DNA of 64,000 nucleotides. It comes from Planctomycetota bacterium. GTDB lineage: Bacteria; Planctomycetota; UBA8108; SXIK01. Under the pieces are notes generated by a model. That model made no database searches, had not been told where the DNA came from, and saw only the letters and a list, made by a program, of their open reading frames with translations. The DNA is taken from the NCBI GenBank assembly GCA_965223265.1, contig OZ244999.1, positions 8,352,001 to 8,416,000 of the forward strand. Direction: 5' to 3'. This document shows positions 1-10,333 of the stretch, piece after piece; within the stretch, counting starts at the first letter, position 1, and the number at the start of each line of letters is the position of its first letter. A program made the translations under genes and the position numbers.

Positions 1-86
1 CGGGTTGTGGGCTGGGGTTATGATACATGCGTGCAGGAACGGATCCTTGAGGGGCTGGGGACAGTGCTGGAAGGGAGGATCGCAAG

Positions 87-2348
87 GTGATGCTCGTAGC
101 GAAGCGATTGTGTGGTGGCGGTGTTCGAACCGTTTCGAGGTGCATCGTTTGCCTGTTTTTGACCGCCGTGACTGCCGCGCCGAATGTCTTCGCGGCACCA
201 AAAAACGATGCGTTCGTGGATGCAACACTTCTTTTCCGGGTCTCGGGCCGGATTGAATCGACGAACGTCGACGCGACGAGTGAGGCAGGTGAACCGCTGC
301 ACGCTGGAGAGCGTAGCCATTCGGTTTGGTGGCGATGGACTGCACCCGATAGCGGTTCGCTTTCAGTCAACACGTTTGGAAGTGGCTTCGATACGACGCT
401 TGCAGTGTATAGGGGCGACTCGATCACCTCTCTCGCGCGGCTCGGCGAAGACGATGATGACCCGTTGGGCGTGCCTTATAGCCTGGTCGATGTAGACGTG
501 CAGAAAGGAACGACGTATCGGATCGCAGTCGATGGATTCGAGCAGTCACAAGGCAGCATACGATTGACGTGGTGGTTCGAGCGCAGCGGCGAGCGTCCCT
601 TGAACGACGTCTTCGACAGTGCGATCCCGATCGAAGCGGAGCGCGGCGAACTTCTCGCCAGTAGTGTCGGCGCAACCGCCGAGCCCGGCGAGCCCGACCA
701 TGTCGGTGTTCCCGGCGGCGCGTCCGTGTGGTGGAGATGGCGTGCGCCGCGCGATGGAATTGCGAGCGTCGAGACTGCCGGCAGCACGTTCGATACGCTT
801 CTTGCGATCTATACGGGTTCGCGGGTTTCGGCGCTGCAGCCGATCGCTGCAGACGACGACGGCGTGCTGCGTGCGAGCGCGACGGTCTTCCGCGTCACGG
901 CAGACACGCTGTACCACATCGCGGTCGATGGCTACGACGGCTCCAGTGGCATGATCGCGCTGCGGTGGCAAATTGAGGCGCCGTGTCGACCTGAATTGCC
1001 GCGGGCGCCGATTCCACCCGTCGGCAGCGAGGGTGTGCAGCGAGACGTGACGCTGCGGTGGGACGGTTCCACGATGTTGCGCCAGGCGGTCGTCTACGGC
1101 GACGATGACCGGTTCGATCTCTACCAGGTCGAGGACCCGAGCCTCGTCGCGGCTGCTGCCTCGACCGCCGCGCTCGTACTTCGCGACAACCTCGTCGACA
1201 ACGGCGACGGAACGTACACCCTCAGCGGCCTGTCACTGGCAAACGCTGACGGGCTTTGCCCTGGTGAGCCTTTCGGCGACCAGCCGACGCCCGCTTTCTG
1301 CTCCGGTTTCCTCGTGGCCCCTCAAATCATTGCTACAGCAGGTCACTGCATCGATCTCGACTGTGCACGGGTTGCCGTCGTCTTCGGCTTTCAGATGCTC
1401 GATGCGCGCACGCCGGTCACAGTCGTTCCCGCCAGTGACGTCTACTTTTGTTCCGACTTGATCGGGCGCGAAACCCAAACCGATTTCGACTGGGGACTGT
1501 GGGTTCTGGACCGCGCCGTCGCGGACCGCGACCCGCTACGCATCCGGCGCCAGGGGCAAGTTCGTCGCGGTCAGGAATTGGTGATGATCGGATATCCCTC
1601 GGGGCTGCCAGTCAAGGTCGCCGGCGGCGCGTCGGTACGCTCCCTCAGCGGGTCCGACGCGTTCATTGCCAATCTTGACGCCTTTCAGGGGAACTCCGGC
1701 TCTGCCGTCTTCGACCGTCAGACACTCATCATCGAAGGTATTCTCTACGCCGGCGAGGAAGACTATGTGGACAGCGGGGAATGCCAACGAGTGAATCGTT
1801 GCTCCGACACCGGTTGTGAAGGTGAACTCGTCGCCTCCACGGTTCGCTTCGCGGATTTGATCCCGGCCCACGAGGAGTCACTCAGCGACGTTGTGCATTT
1901 CGGCAAATGCGGCGAACTCGTTGCCGTCGGCACCACGTCCGATCGCAGCTGGACCGTGAGCGACCTCGACGTGGGTGAGGAGTACTGCTGGCGGGTTGTT
2001 CGCAGCGACGATTGCGGCGACATCGAGGGGCCTCTCTGGCGCTTTCGCGTCACCGATGTTGAGACGCCGATGTTTCGGCGTGGCGACGCGGATGCTAACG
2101 GCGGCAAAGATCTGTCGGATGGCGTCTCCGTGCTGAATTTTCTCTTTCGCGGTCAGCCGGAGGCTGTGCCGTGTCCGAAGGCCGCGGACTCTGACGATGA
2201 CGGCGTCGTCAATCTGGCCGACGCCATGGCCATCCTTCTGCATCTCTTTCGCGGCGGACCAGCTCCTGCGCCGCCGTACGACGCCTGCGGCAACGACCCG
2301 ACGCCAGACGACCTGGAGTGCAGCAGCTTCGCGGCGTGCGAGGGGTAG
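87..2348 (+). CDS. Secreted trypsin-like (S1) serine protease with two N-terminal PPC-like repeats and a C-terminal dockerin-like domain
   Basis: Signal-like N-terminus; duplicated 'ND.F..A...ATxExGEPxH...SVWWRWxAP...TxGSxFDTxLAxYxG' repeats; catalytic motifs TAGHC, DWGL and GNSGS; C-terminal FRRGDADANG..D.SD...DSDDDG. Confidence 0.85.
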   Translation: MMLVAKRLCGGGVRTVSRCIVCLFLTAVTAAPNVFAAPKNDAFVDATLLFRVSGRIESTNVDATSEAGEPLHAGERSHSVWWRWTAPDSGSLSVNTFGSGFDTTLAVYRGDSITSLARLGEDDDDPLGVPYSLVDVDVQKGTTYRIAVDGFEQSQGSIRLTWWFERSGERPLNDVFDSAIPIEAERGELLASSVGATAEPGEPDHVGVPGGASVWWRWRAPRDGIASVETAGSTFDTLLAIYTGSRVSALQPIAADDDGVLRASATVFRVTADTLYHIAVDGYDGSSGMIALRWQIEAPCRPELPRAPIPPVGSEGVQRDVTLRWDGSTMLRQAVVYGDDDRFDLYQVEDPSLVAAAASTAALVLRDNLVDNGDGTYTLSGLSLANADGLCPGEPFGDQPTPAFCSGFLVAPQIIATAGHCIDLDCARVAVVFGFQMLDARTPVTVVPASDVYFCSDLIGRETQTDFDWGLWVLDRAVADRDPLRIRRQGQVRRGQELVMIGYPSGLPVKVAGGASVRSLSGSDAFIANLDAFQGNSGSAVFDRQTLIIEGILYAGEEDYVDSGECQRVNRCSDTGCEGELVASTVRFADLIPAHEESLSDVVHFGKCGELVAVGTTSDRSWTVSDLDVGEEYCWRVVRSDDCGDIEGPLWRFRVTDVETPMFRRGDADANGGKDLSDGVSVLNFLFRGQPEAVPCPKAADSDDDGVVNLADAMAILLHLFRGGPAPAPPYDACGNDPTPDDLECSSFAACEG

Positions 2349-2411
2349 AAAGGGCGGAGAGAGCGCGTCTCTTTTGCAACAATGGGGACAGAGACGGAGA
2401 CAGAGACAGAC

Positions 2412-2619
2412 CCGACAGTTGCATAAGTTTTCGCAGGAAGGGCTCAGAAACCCTTTCCCTGAGGTTCGATCGGCAGTTGAAGGACGTCGCGGCGGACCTC
2501 ACGTTTGGTGAGGTTGACGGTGTGCCGTGTTCCCCCTCGCCCACGCACACCCACACGCAAACTTTCACTCAATCGCAATCGCGCACGGTCTTAAGGCGCG
2601 TCTCTTTTGCAACGTTGGG
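2412..2619 (+). mobile_element. 208-bp MITE, copy 1
   Basis: Near-identical to the reverse complement of 19252-19459; imperfect TIR CCGACAGTTGCATAAG / CTTTTGCAACGTTGGG; flanked by GAC on both sides (2409-2411, 2620-2622). Confidence 0.85.
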
Positions 2620-2710
2620 GACAGAGACAGAGACAGAGACAGAGACAGAGACAGAGACAGAGACAGAGACAGAGACAGAGACAGAGACAGAGACAGAGAC
2701 AGAGACAGAG
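2620..2710. repeat. Perfect (GACAGA)n hexamer microsatellite, about 15 units
   Basis: Directly visible; a shorter degenerate part of the array lies at 2387-2411 on the other side of the MITE. Confidence 0.95.
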
Positions 2711-2777
2711 AGTGTTCCGCCCAAGCGCGGCTTCAGCCTCAGGCTGCGATGTCCACGAGCTGCCGCACGGCCGCTAG

Positions 2778-4296
2778 CAGCCTGTTGAAAAACCCTCACC
2801 GGTCAGTCGCTGCGTGACCGTCGTCCTCCAGCCCATCGACGTCGTCACGAGGCATATGTTATACTGCCGCTTCACTTGAAGAGAAGAGGAGCGCGGTATG
2901 TCACTGGGAAAACGTAGAGAGAGCCGCCAGCTGTCGTTTCTGCTACCCGACAGCCTGCCAAAATCGCCAGGCCACCCATTCTATCAGAGATTGAACGGTC
3001 TGCTTGCGGAGGCTGGCTTCGATAGCTGGCTCGAGGATCGGTGTGCGGAGTACTACGCCGATAGCGGCCGTCCTGGAATCCCGCCAGGAGTGTACTTCCG
3101 CATGCTGTTCGTCGGCTATTTCGAAGGAATCCAGTCTCAGCGTGGAATCGCTTGGCGCTGCAGCGATAGCCTTTCGATCCGTTCGTTCCTGGGACTGCCG
3201 ATCGAGAAGGAATCACCGGATCATTCGAGCCTGACGAGGGTGCGCAAGCGCCTCCCTCTGGCGGTGCACGAAGAGGTGTTTTGTCGGGTCTTGACGCAGG
3301 CGATCGAGAAGAAGCTTTTGAAGGGAAGTACCGTAGCCGTCGACTCTACGACGCTCGAAGCTGACGCCGCGATGAAGTCTATCGTGCGTAAGGACACAGG
3401 CGAGAGCTACACCGAATACCTCCGGCGCCTGGCGGAGGAAGAGGGCATGGACGATCCGACGGACGAAGATCTGAGGCGTTTCGACAAGAAGCGCAAAGGC
3501 AAGAAGACGTCGAACACCGAATGGAAGTCCACGACGGACTCGGATAGCCGAGTCACGAAGATGAAGGATGGCCGCACGCACCTTGCATACAAAGCAGAGA
3601 ACACCGTCGACCTGGAGACTGACCTCGTGCTTTCGGCGAACGTGTTTCACGCTGATCATGCGGACAACGACTCGCTGACGATCAGTTTGGTCAGTGCACA
3701 GAAAAATCTCATCGAGAGCGGTAGCGAGGCCGCGATCAAAGAAGTCGTCGCTGACAAGGGCTATCACAAGGCAGAAACGCTAGCCGACCTCGACGCCATT
3801 GGAGTGAGATCGTACGTACCTGAGCCAGAGCGAAAACATCGACGACGCTGGAAAGCGAAACCGGCATCGCACAAGGACGCAGTGTACGCCAACCGACGCC
3901 GGGTGCGAGGTGAACGAAGCCGCAGATTACAGCGCAAGCGCAGCGAGCTCGTTGAGCGCACCTTCGCGCATATGTGCGAGACGGGCGGTGGCCGTCGCTC
4001 TTGGCTCCGCGGGCTCAGAAAAGTGAGCAAACGCTACTTGATCCTCGCCGCAGCGCGAAACCTCGGAGTCATTCTGCGTGCGCTGTTTGGATTCGGAACT
4101 GCGAGGTCACTGCAGCGGGGTATAGAGGGCCTTTCTGGCTACTTTTCAGCCGCATGGCGTTATCTAGAAGCTCTGGTGCGCCATCTTGACGGCATCGATC
4201 GAGCGATGACGATTTCATCCGTCAAACTTGCGAGTTGACGGACCGTGTCGCTTAAACGGCGAATCGAGCTCTGAGCCGCGGTTTTTCAACGGGCTG
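2778..4296 (+). mobile_element. IS1182/IS5-like insertion sequence
   Basis: TIRs CAGCCTGTTGAAAAA (2778) and TTTTTCAACGGGCTG (ends 4296); CTAG duplicated at 2774-2777 and 4297-4300; single transposase ORF. Confidence 0.9.
2898..4238 (+). CDS. IS1182-like DDE transposase
   Basis: DUF772-like GRPGIPP...RMLFVGYFEGI.S.R...PDHSSL; DDE motifs VDST, ADKGY and RSELVERTFAH; GAGGAG RBS. Confidence 0.9.
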   Translation: MSLGKRRESRQLSFLLPDSLPKSPGHPFYQRLNGLLAEAGFDSWLEDRCAEYYADSGRPGIPPGVYFRMLFVGYFEGIQSQRGIAWRCSDSLSIRSFLGLPIEKESPDHSSLTRVRKRLPLAVHEEVFCRVLTQAIEKKLLKGSTVAVDSTTLEADAAMKSIVRKDTGESYTEYLRRLAEEEGMDDPTDEDLRRFDKKRKGKKTSNTEWKSTTDSDSRVTKMKDGRTHLAYKAENTVDLETDLVLSANVFHADHADNDSLTISLVSAQKNLIESGSEAAIKEVVADKGYHKAETLADLDAIGVRSYVPEPERKHRRRWKAKPASHKDAVYANRRRVRGERSRRLQRKRSELVERTFAHMCETGGGRRSWLRGLRKVSKRYLILAAARNLGVILRALFGFGTARSLQRGIEGLSGYFSAAWRYLEALVRHLDGIDRAMTISSVKLAS

Positions 4297-5334
4297 CTAG
4301 GCGTACTGCGTCGCCATCGTTTCCAGCGACATCGGCTTGATCTTGCCCGCTTGCCCAGCTTGGCCGAACGCGGTCATGCGTGCGATGCAGACTTCCTTCA
4401 TCGCGGCCCGGGCTGGCTTGAGCCAGTCACGCGGGTCGAACTTCTCCGGGCTTTCCATCAGCACCTTGCGCACCGCACCGGTCATCGCCAAGCGGTTGTC
4501 CGTGTCGACGTTGACCTTGCGGACGCCGTGCTTGATGCCTTCCTGGATCTCCTTGACGGGCACGCCCCACGTCTGCTTGATCGCGCCGCCGTAGCGATTG
4601 ATGATGTCTTGTAGTTCCTGCGGCACGGACGACGAACCGTGCATGACGAGATGGCAGTTGGGTAGGCGACGATGGATTTCGCGGATGCGCTCCATCGCGA
4701 GAATCTCGCCGTCCGGCTCGCGGGTGAATTTGTAGGCGCCATGGCTGGTGCCGATGGCCACTGCGAGTGCATCGCAGCCAGTGGCCGCCACGAAGCGTTC
4801 GGCTTCTTCGGGGTCAGTGAGAAGCTGATCACGCGATAGAGTGCCTTCGAATCCGTGACCGTCTTCTTTGTCGCCTGCGAGGGTTTCGAGAGAGCCAAGG
4901 CAGCCGAGTTCCCCCTCGACCGTGACGCCGCGGCTGTGCGCTTCGCGTACGACCTCGGCGGTGACGCGCACGTTGTAGTCGAAGTCGGCCGGAGTCTTTC
5001 CGTCCTCTTCGAGGGATCCGTCCATCATGACTGACGTGAAGCCCATGTCGATGGCGCTCTTGCACGTCGCCGGACTGTTGCCGTGGTCTTGGTGCATGGA
5101 GACAGGAATCTGCGGATAGAGCTCTGCTGCTGCAAGCATCAAGTGGCGCAGGTAATTGTCCTGGGAATAGGAACGCGCGCCCCTCGAAGCCTGGACGATC
5201 ACTGGTGACTCGGTTTCCTCCGCGGCCTCCATAATCGCTTGGATCTGCTCCATGTTGTTGACGTTGAACGCCGCGATTCCATAGTCGTTCTCGGCGGCGT
5301 GGTCGAGTAGGTGGCGCATCGGTACGAGAGGCAT
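4297..5334 (-). CDS. fba: Fructose-bisphosphate aldolase class II
   Basis: Motifs [35 protein letters not shown] and HGSS; start moved to MPLVPMR after an AAGGAG RBS. Confidence 0.95.
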   Translation of the reverse strand: MPLVPMRHLLDHAAENDYGIAAFNVNNMEQIQAIMEAAEETESPVIVQASRGARSYSQDNYLRHLMLAAAELYPQIPVSMHQDHGNSPATCKSAIDMGFTSVMMDGSLEEDGKTPADFDYNVRVTAEVVREAHSRGVTVEGELGCLGSLETLAGDKEDGHGFEGTLSRDQLLTDPEEAERFVAATGCDALAVAIGTSHGAYKFTREPDGEILAMERIREIHRRLPNCHLVMHGSSSVPQELQDIINRYGGAIKQTWGVPVKEIQEGIKHGVRKVNVDTDNRLAMTGAVRKVLMESPEKFDPRDWLKPARAAMKEVCIARMTAFGQAGQAGKIKPMSLETMATQYA

Positions 5335-5677
5335 CGGGTACTCCTTGATTCCTCGACGCCGAGGCCGGAGCTGAGCGGCTGATTCGAGGCAGATTTTTGT
5401 GTCTGGGTTCTCTTGCGATCGGAAGTGCACTTGCGTGCGGTAGGTCCGGTGGCGTCTCACGAGGATGCCCCGGACCTTTCCCAGGCGGGCCGTGTCCGCG
5501 AGGCGTTTCGCGGGCGTCCGGCCGCCTGAAGGCGGACGGCTACCTTACCCTTTTCGAGGCCAAAACTCAAACCCAGTTCCCCGGCGGCGGCGGCTCCTCG
5601 CTCACTAGAACAGACCATGAGCGAGACCGCGTTTAGCAGTTCCTAGCGCCGCCTGACAGAGACGACTCACATTGAAG

Positions 5678-6160
5678 TCAGCGCTGCTTGCCTTTGCCGC
5701 GGCCCAAGCCGACGACGCACCGGTAGTGCTGCGGTTCTACCGGTTGTACCGAGAGGCGCTGGCCACGTCGCGTGACCAGCATACCCTCGAGCGCGCGGGT
5801 CGATTTGAGCGTGTCGAGGGAGACAATCTCAGGGAATTTCTCGACGAACTCTAGGTCGACCATCATCCACGTTGGGTCATCCCGCTTCGACTTGGGGTCG
5901 TAGTGTGGATCCTTGGGATCGAACGCGGTCGGGTCTGGGTACGCCGTACGGCTGACGCGCGCCAGTCCTGCAACGCCTGGCGGCTTGGCATTCGAGTGGT
6001 AGAAGAGCACCTCGTGACCGACAGCCATGTCGTCGCGCATGAAATTGCGCGCCTGGCAGTTCCGCACGCCGTCCCACGGCGCTGTCCGATCGCGCTTGAG
6101 GTCGTCGATCGAGTAGACGTCCGGCTCGCTCTTCATCAGCCAGTAGCGTTTCTTGGCCAT
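5678..6160 (-). CDS. EVE domain protein
   Basis: YWLMKSEP...WDGVRN.QARNFMR...FYHS...RLSVQPV. Confidence 0.92.
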   Translation of the reverse strand: MAKKRYWLMKSEPDVYSIDDLKRDRTAPWDGVRNCQARNFMRDDMAVGHEVLFYHSNAKPPGVAGLARVSRTAYPDPTAFDPKDPHYDPKSKRDDPTWMMVDLEFVEKFPEIVSLDTLKSTRALEGMLVTRRGQRLSVQPVEPQHYRCVVGLGRGKGKQR

Positions 6161-6260
6161 GCGTGGTGTGGTCCTTTCTGCTCCGAGATTGCTCAACGCT
6201 TGTTATGTCATAGAGATGCGAAGCGGAGTGATTCTTCGCAACTCCTTTGTGCCGCTCAGT

Positions 6261-6929
6261 TCACTCCGAGGGCGCCGGGCCGGCGCCAGTGCGGGTTGTT
6301 GTGAGCCGTGCCAGCTCTTCGAGTAGGAGCTTGACGGCGAGCGCGCATGTTGAAGTTGGTAGGGTTGGTGCGTGTGGAGAGTTCTCGGTGCCGCCCAGGG
6401 TTTGCAGTTGTGAGGGGTCGATCGGCAGGTGGACGAACATGGACCGCGTTCCCGCGCCGGTCGTGGCCGACCAGTGGCGGCTCCAGTAGAGCGTGGCATT
6501 GCAGAGATACGAGCCTGCCGACGTAGAGACGCGCGCCGGAATTCCTGCAGCGCGGAGGATCTGGGCGCAGCGGGCAAGCGGCAAGTTCGAACGGTACGAC
6601 GTCGGCCCACCCTTGAGAAGGGGGCGTAGGTCGCCAGGGTCTTCGTGTGGTTCGCGATGGAGGTTGAGACCGATGGCTTCGAGTGCGACATCAGAGCTGT
6701 GGGCCGCCTGACCCAGGTGCAGTGCGAAGTCGGGCTTGATCGCGAGATCAGCTTCGAGGCGTTCTCGGATCGAGGCGAACTCAACCGGGTAGATCCGCGT
6801 CGTCAGGTCGATCGTCGGTGGCCACGAGCCCGCGAGAGCCTCGAGGCACAGCGCGCTGGAGTTCGTCTGCCAGTGCGCAAACGGTTCGAACGCGGTGAGG
6901 AGAACGCGGGTGCTCGCTGGGGGCTTCAT
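6261..6929 (-). CDS. pcp: Pyroglutamyl peptidase I (peptidase C15)
   Basis: VLLTAFEPF...N.S; LHLGQA; SAGSYLCN (catalytic Cys); FVHLP. Confidence 0.88.
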   Translation of the reverse strand: MKPPASTRVLLTAFEPFAHWQTNSSALCLEALAGSWPPTIDLTTRIYPVEFASIRERLEADLAIKPDFALHLGQAAHSSDVALEAIGLNLHREPHEDPGDLRPLLKGGPTSYRSNLPLARCAQILRAAGIPARVSTSAGSYLCNATLYWSRHWSATTGAGTRSMFVHLPIDPSQLQTLGGTENSPHAPTLPTSTCALAVKLLLEELARLTTTRTGAGPAPSE

Positions 6930-6973
6930 TGATTCGTTTCGCTCTTGCGGTCTCGAGGTCCTCTAGCAGTCTG

Positions 6974-7675
6974 TCAGCTGCCGAACGGCAGGTACAGAGT
7001 TCGGATGGCGATCTCGAATAGCGGCCAAAACACGGTCGGAAAGCACTTCCACGCGATCAGCAGCCCGAGGAGTGACCACATCGGCTCGCTGAAGAAATCC
7101 TGAAAGCGCGTCGCCATCCGTTTCGGCAGAAAGAGCACAGCTACGCTGCTGCCGTCGAGAGGCGGCAAAGGTATGAGATTGAACGTGAACAGGATCATAT
7201 TGAGCGAGAAAAAGACGCTCAGCAAAAGAGCGACATTTTCGAAGCGGCCGAGTTCGCTTGCCTGAGCGATGCTGCTGAAGGTGAGGCTCTCAGGTGGCGC
7301 GAACACATCAAAACCGATGCCGATCGCGAGGAGGGCGCCCGTGAGAATCACAAGCGACAAGTTGGCCAGAGGACCGGCTAGAGCCATCAGCGCTGCCCGT
7401 CGCGGATGGTTGTAGGACCAGAACGGATCGTACGGGGCGCTGGCCCAGCCGATGCAGTACCCGGACAAAAAGAGCGACACGAGAGGAACCACCACCATGC
7501 CCACCGGCTCGCGCCGAATGTGCGGCAAGGGGTCGAGAGTCACTTGGCCGCCCAAGTAGGCCGTGCGATCTCCGAGCTTCAGCGCGCTCCAGGCGTGCGC
7601 GGCTTCGTGGAGCGTCGCCGAGATGACGAACACGCCATACCAGACGATGCCGAGGACTAGATCGTTCGTAGCCAT
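6974..7675 (-). CDS. Site-2 protease (M50) family membrane metalloprotease
   Basis: HEAAH, AGPLAN and FNLIPLPPLDG motifs; multiple TM segments. Confidence 0.92.
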   Translation of the reverse strand: MATNDLVLGIVWYGVFVISATLHEAAHAWSALKLGDRTAYLGGQVTLDPLPHIRREPVGMVVVPLVSLFLSGYCIGWASAPYDPFWSYNHPRRAALMALAGPLANLSLVILTGALLAIGIGFDVFAPPESLTFSSIAQASELGRFENVALLLSVFFSLNMILFTFNLIPLPPLDGSSVAVLFLPKRMATRFQDFFSEPMWSLLGLLIAWKCFPTVFWPLFEIAIRTLYLPFGS

Positions 7676-7897
7676 CCGATACGTATCCCGATGAGACTCA
7701 GCGTGTCTATCGCTAGGCTAGGGTCACCTCAGCACGGGAGGCTTCCATTCGACAGTCGTTACCCGCCCATTGTCAACTTCGACCGGAATCGGCGATGGTA
7801 TCCTCTCGGCAGAACCACCGCGGAGTTCGTGTGACGCGCGCTCCGTGATCGAGCGATTGCCGTCGTCGCCACACGAGACCACGCCTTCGAGACGGCG

Positions 7898-8584
7898 TCA
7901 CGTCTCGGCCGAGCGTCGCGCGGCGACCCGTCGTCGCCAGCTCTCCGCGCTGCTTCGCCGACCGCGCATGAGGAGAATTCGCTCCATCAAGAGATCCAGC
8001 GTCGCTTCTAAGCGGCTCGCGGCCTGCTCTTCACCATGGTGCGAGAGCACTCGCGATGCCGCCTCAAGCGTGCAAAAGTGGTTGCGGTCACGAGCGCGTC
8101 GTCCTTGCCAGCGCGGTGGGGGTTCCGAGGCGGGGAGCGCGACGTGCTGCAGGTCGATCAGTCCCGGCACGCGTGCGAGCATTCGCCTCGCCTGTCCCCA
8201 AGTGCCGTCCAGAAGCACGTACGTCAGCGGACCCCTTCCTGCGGTCGCTTCTGGTTGGCGGTCCGCGGTGGCAGCGCCTGCGAGCGGAAAAAGGATGAAG
8301 CTAGTCGTCGGATCGAGTGGCGCGATCGTTGGCGCTGCGCTGTCGTGCTCGCGATCCTGCCGCGACTCGCCATGAATGTACAACGCGCTGTTCGTGAGTG
8401 CTCGATGCACCCAGCGGCCGGTGTTACTTTGGCGGGGCAGCTCCGAGGCGTGCTGCACGACCACGAAGCGGGTCCGCGACGCGACGGGTCGTATGAGATC
8501 GCAGACGCAGAGATGCGGCGCGAAGTAGCAGTGGCGACAGCAGGCGGAATCTCTGAGGGGCTTTGCAGCTGAGCGCATTGACAC
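7898..8584 (-). CDS. DTW-domain protein (tRNA-uridine aminocarboxypropyltransferase family)
   Basis: CxxC...CxC; QH..E....SNTG; LLDGTW.QA; CTLEA. Confidence 0.85.
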   Translation of the reverse strand: MSMRSAAKPLRDSACCRHCYFAPHLCVCDLIRPVASRTRFVVVQHASELPRQSNTGRWVHRALTNSALYIHGESRQDREHDSAAPTIAPLDPTTSFILFPLAGAATADRQPEATAGRGPLTYVLLDGTWGQARRMLARVPGLIDLQHVALPASEPPPRWQGRRARDRNHFCTLEAASRVLSHHGEEQAASRLEATLDLLMERILLMRGRRSSAESWRRRVAARRSAET

Positions 8585-8590
8585 CGGCAG

Positions 8591-10270
8591 TCACTCGTCG
8601 GTGACGCAGCCCTCCGATGCTGATTTGACCCGCTGAATGTACTTGAAGAGGGTGCCGCGTTGAGCTTCGTACGGTGGAGCGCTCCATTCGCCGCGGCGTT
8701 TTTCCAGCTCCTTGGCATCGAGTTCGACGTCGAGGCGATTGTTGATTGCGTCGATCGTGATCTTGTCGCCGGTTCTCACGAGTGCGAGCGGACCGCCCTC
8801 CTGTGCCTCCGGAGTGATGTGGCCAACGATGAAGCCGTGGGATCCACCTGAGAAGCGGCCGTCGGTCAACAGCGCGACACTGTCGCCTAGGCCAGCGCCC
8901 ATGATCGCCGAAGTGGGCGTGAGCATCTCGGGCATACCGGGGCCACCTTTTGGGCCCTCATAGCGGATGACGACGACGTCTCCCGGCTTGATGGCGCCCC
9001 GCTCGAGCGCCTCGAGCATCTCTTCTTCTGAGTCGAACACGTTCGCCGTGCCCGCGAAGCGCTCCCCTTCCTTGCCCGTGATCTTCGCAACGGCGCCTTC
9101 GGGTGCGAGGCTGCCCCTCAGGATCTGCAGGTGTCCGGTCGGCTTGATGGGGTGTGCCATGTCGTGCACGACGTCTTGGCCGCTCTGGAGATCTGGAAGC
9201 TCCTCCAAGTTCTCGGCCAGGGTTTTTCCAGTGACCGTCAGGCAATCGCCATGCACGAGGCCTTCCCGAAGGAGCATCTTGAGCACACCTGGCAGCCCGC
9301 CGACGTTGTGCAGATCTTCCTGTACGTACTTGCCGCTTGGCTTCAGATCGGCGAGGTAGGGGACGCGGTCGCTGACGGCTTGAAAGTCATCGATTGTGAG
9401 CGGCACGTCGACCGCTCTCGCCATGGCGATCAAGTGGAGAACGGCGTTTGTTGATCCACCCAGGACGATCACGGTGACCAGTGCGTTTTGAAACGCCTTC
9501 GGTGTCATGATGTCCGTCGGTTTGATGTCGCGCTCGAGCAGCTCGCGGATCGCCGCCCCGGAGCGAAAACACTCGTCGAGTTTGCCTGGGTCGACCGCAG
9601 GGGTCGACGAGCTATAGGGAAGCGACATGCCCATGGCTTCGATCGCCGACGCCATCGTGTTGGCTGTGTACATACCGCCGCAGGCGCCGGCCCCCGGGCA
9701 GCTGTGCTGGACGATGGTCTTGCGCGTCTCATCGTCGATGCGCTCGCTGATGTATTCGCCGTATGCCTGAAATGCCGAGACGATGTCGAGCTTGAGGTCA
9801 TCGCACAGCCCCGGCTTGATCGTGCCGCCGTACACCATGAGTGCCGGGCGATTGACTCGACCCATGGCGATCAAGCAGCCGGGCATGTTTTTGTCGCAGC
9901 CGGGAATCGAGATATTTGCGTCGTACCACTGGGCGCCCATGACGGTCTCGATCGAATCGGCGATCAAATCGCGTGACTGGAGCGAGTAGCTCATCCCAGG
10001 CGTACCCATCGAGATGCCGTCGCTGACGCCGATGGTGTTGAATCGCATGCCGACAAGCCCCGCGTCGACCACACCTTCCTTCACCTTGGCCGCGAGATCG
10101 TTGAGGTGCATGTTGCACGTGTTGCCTTCGTACCAGACGCTCGCGATCCCGACCTGGGCTTTGTCCATGTCGCTTTCGCTGAGGCCGGTACCGTAGAGCA
10201 TCGCCTGCGACGCTCCCTGGCTTTTGACTTGGGTGATGCGAGAGCTGAATTTGTTGAGCTTTTTCGTCAT
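8591..10270 (-). CDS. ilvD: Dihydroxy-acid dehydratase
   Basis: [35 protein letters not shown] and TDGRFSGG. Confidence 0.97.
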   Translation of the reverse strand: MTKKLNKFSSRITQVKSQGASQAMLYGTGLSESDMDKAQVGIASVWYEGNTCNMHLNDLAAKVKEGVVDAGLVGMRFNTIGVSDGISMGTPGMSYSLQSRDLIADSIETVMGAQWYDANISIPGCDKNMPGCLIAMGRVNRPALMVYGGTIKPGLCDDLKLDIVSAFQAYGEYISERIDDETRKTIVQHSCPGAGACGGMYTANTMASAIEAMGMSLPYSSSTPAVDPGKLDECFRSGAAIRELLERDIKPTDIMTPKAFQNALVTVIVLGGSTNAVLHLIAMARAVDVPLTIDDFQAVSDRVPYLADLKPSGKYVQEDLHNVGGLPGVLKMLLREGLVHGDCLTVTGKTLAENLEELPDLQSGQDVVHDMAHPIKPTGHLQILRGSLAPEGAVAKITGKEGERFAGTANVFDSEEEMLEALERGAIKPGDVVVIRYEGPKGGPGMPEMLTPTSAIMGAGLGDSVALLTDGRFSGGSHGFIVGHITPEAQEGGPLALVRTGDKITIDAINNRLDVELDAKELEKRRGEWSAPPYEAQRGTLFKYIQRVKSASEGCVTDE

Positions 10271-10333
10271 CGATTTGTCTTGTTCTTTTCGTCCCTATCG
10301 TTAGCCAGCATTGTTCGTCGTGGAGAACGCCGC

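Noticed and set aside
2318-2817. ORFs with ETETET / DRDRDR / SVSVSV tracts (likewise 18223-18796, 19869-20544, 49434-50045)
   Set aside because: They are translations of microsatellites and MITEs, open in several frames, with no RBS or domain content.
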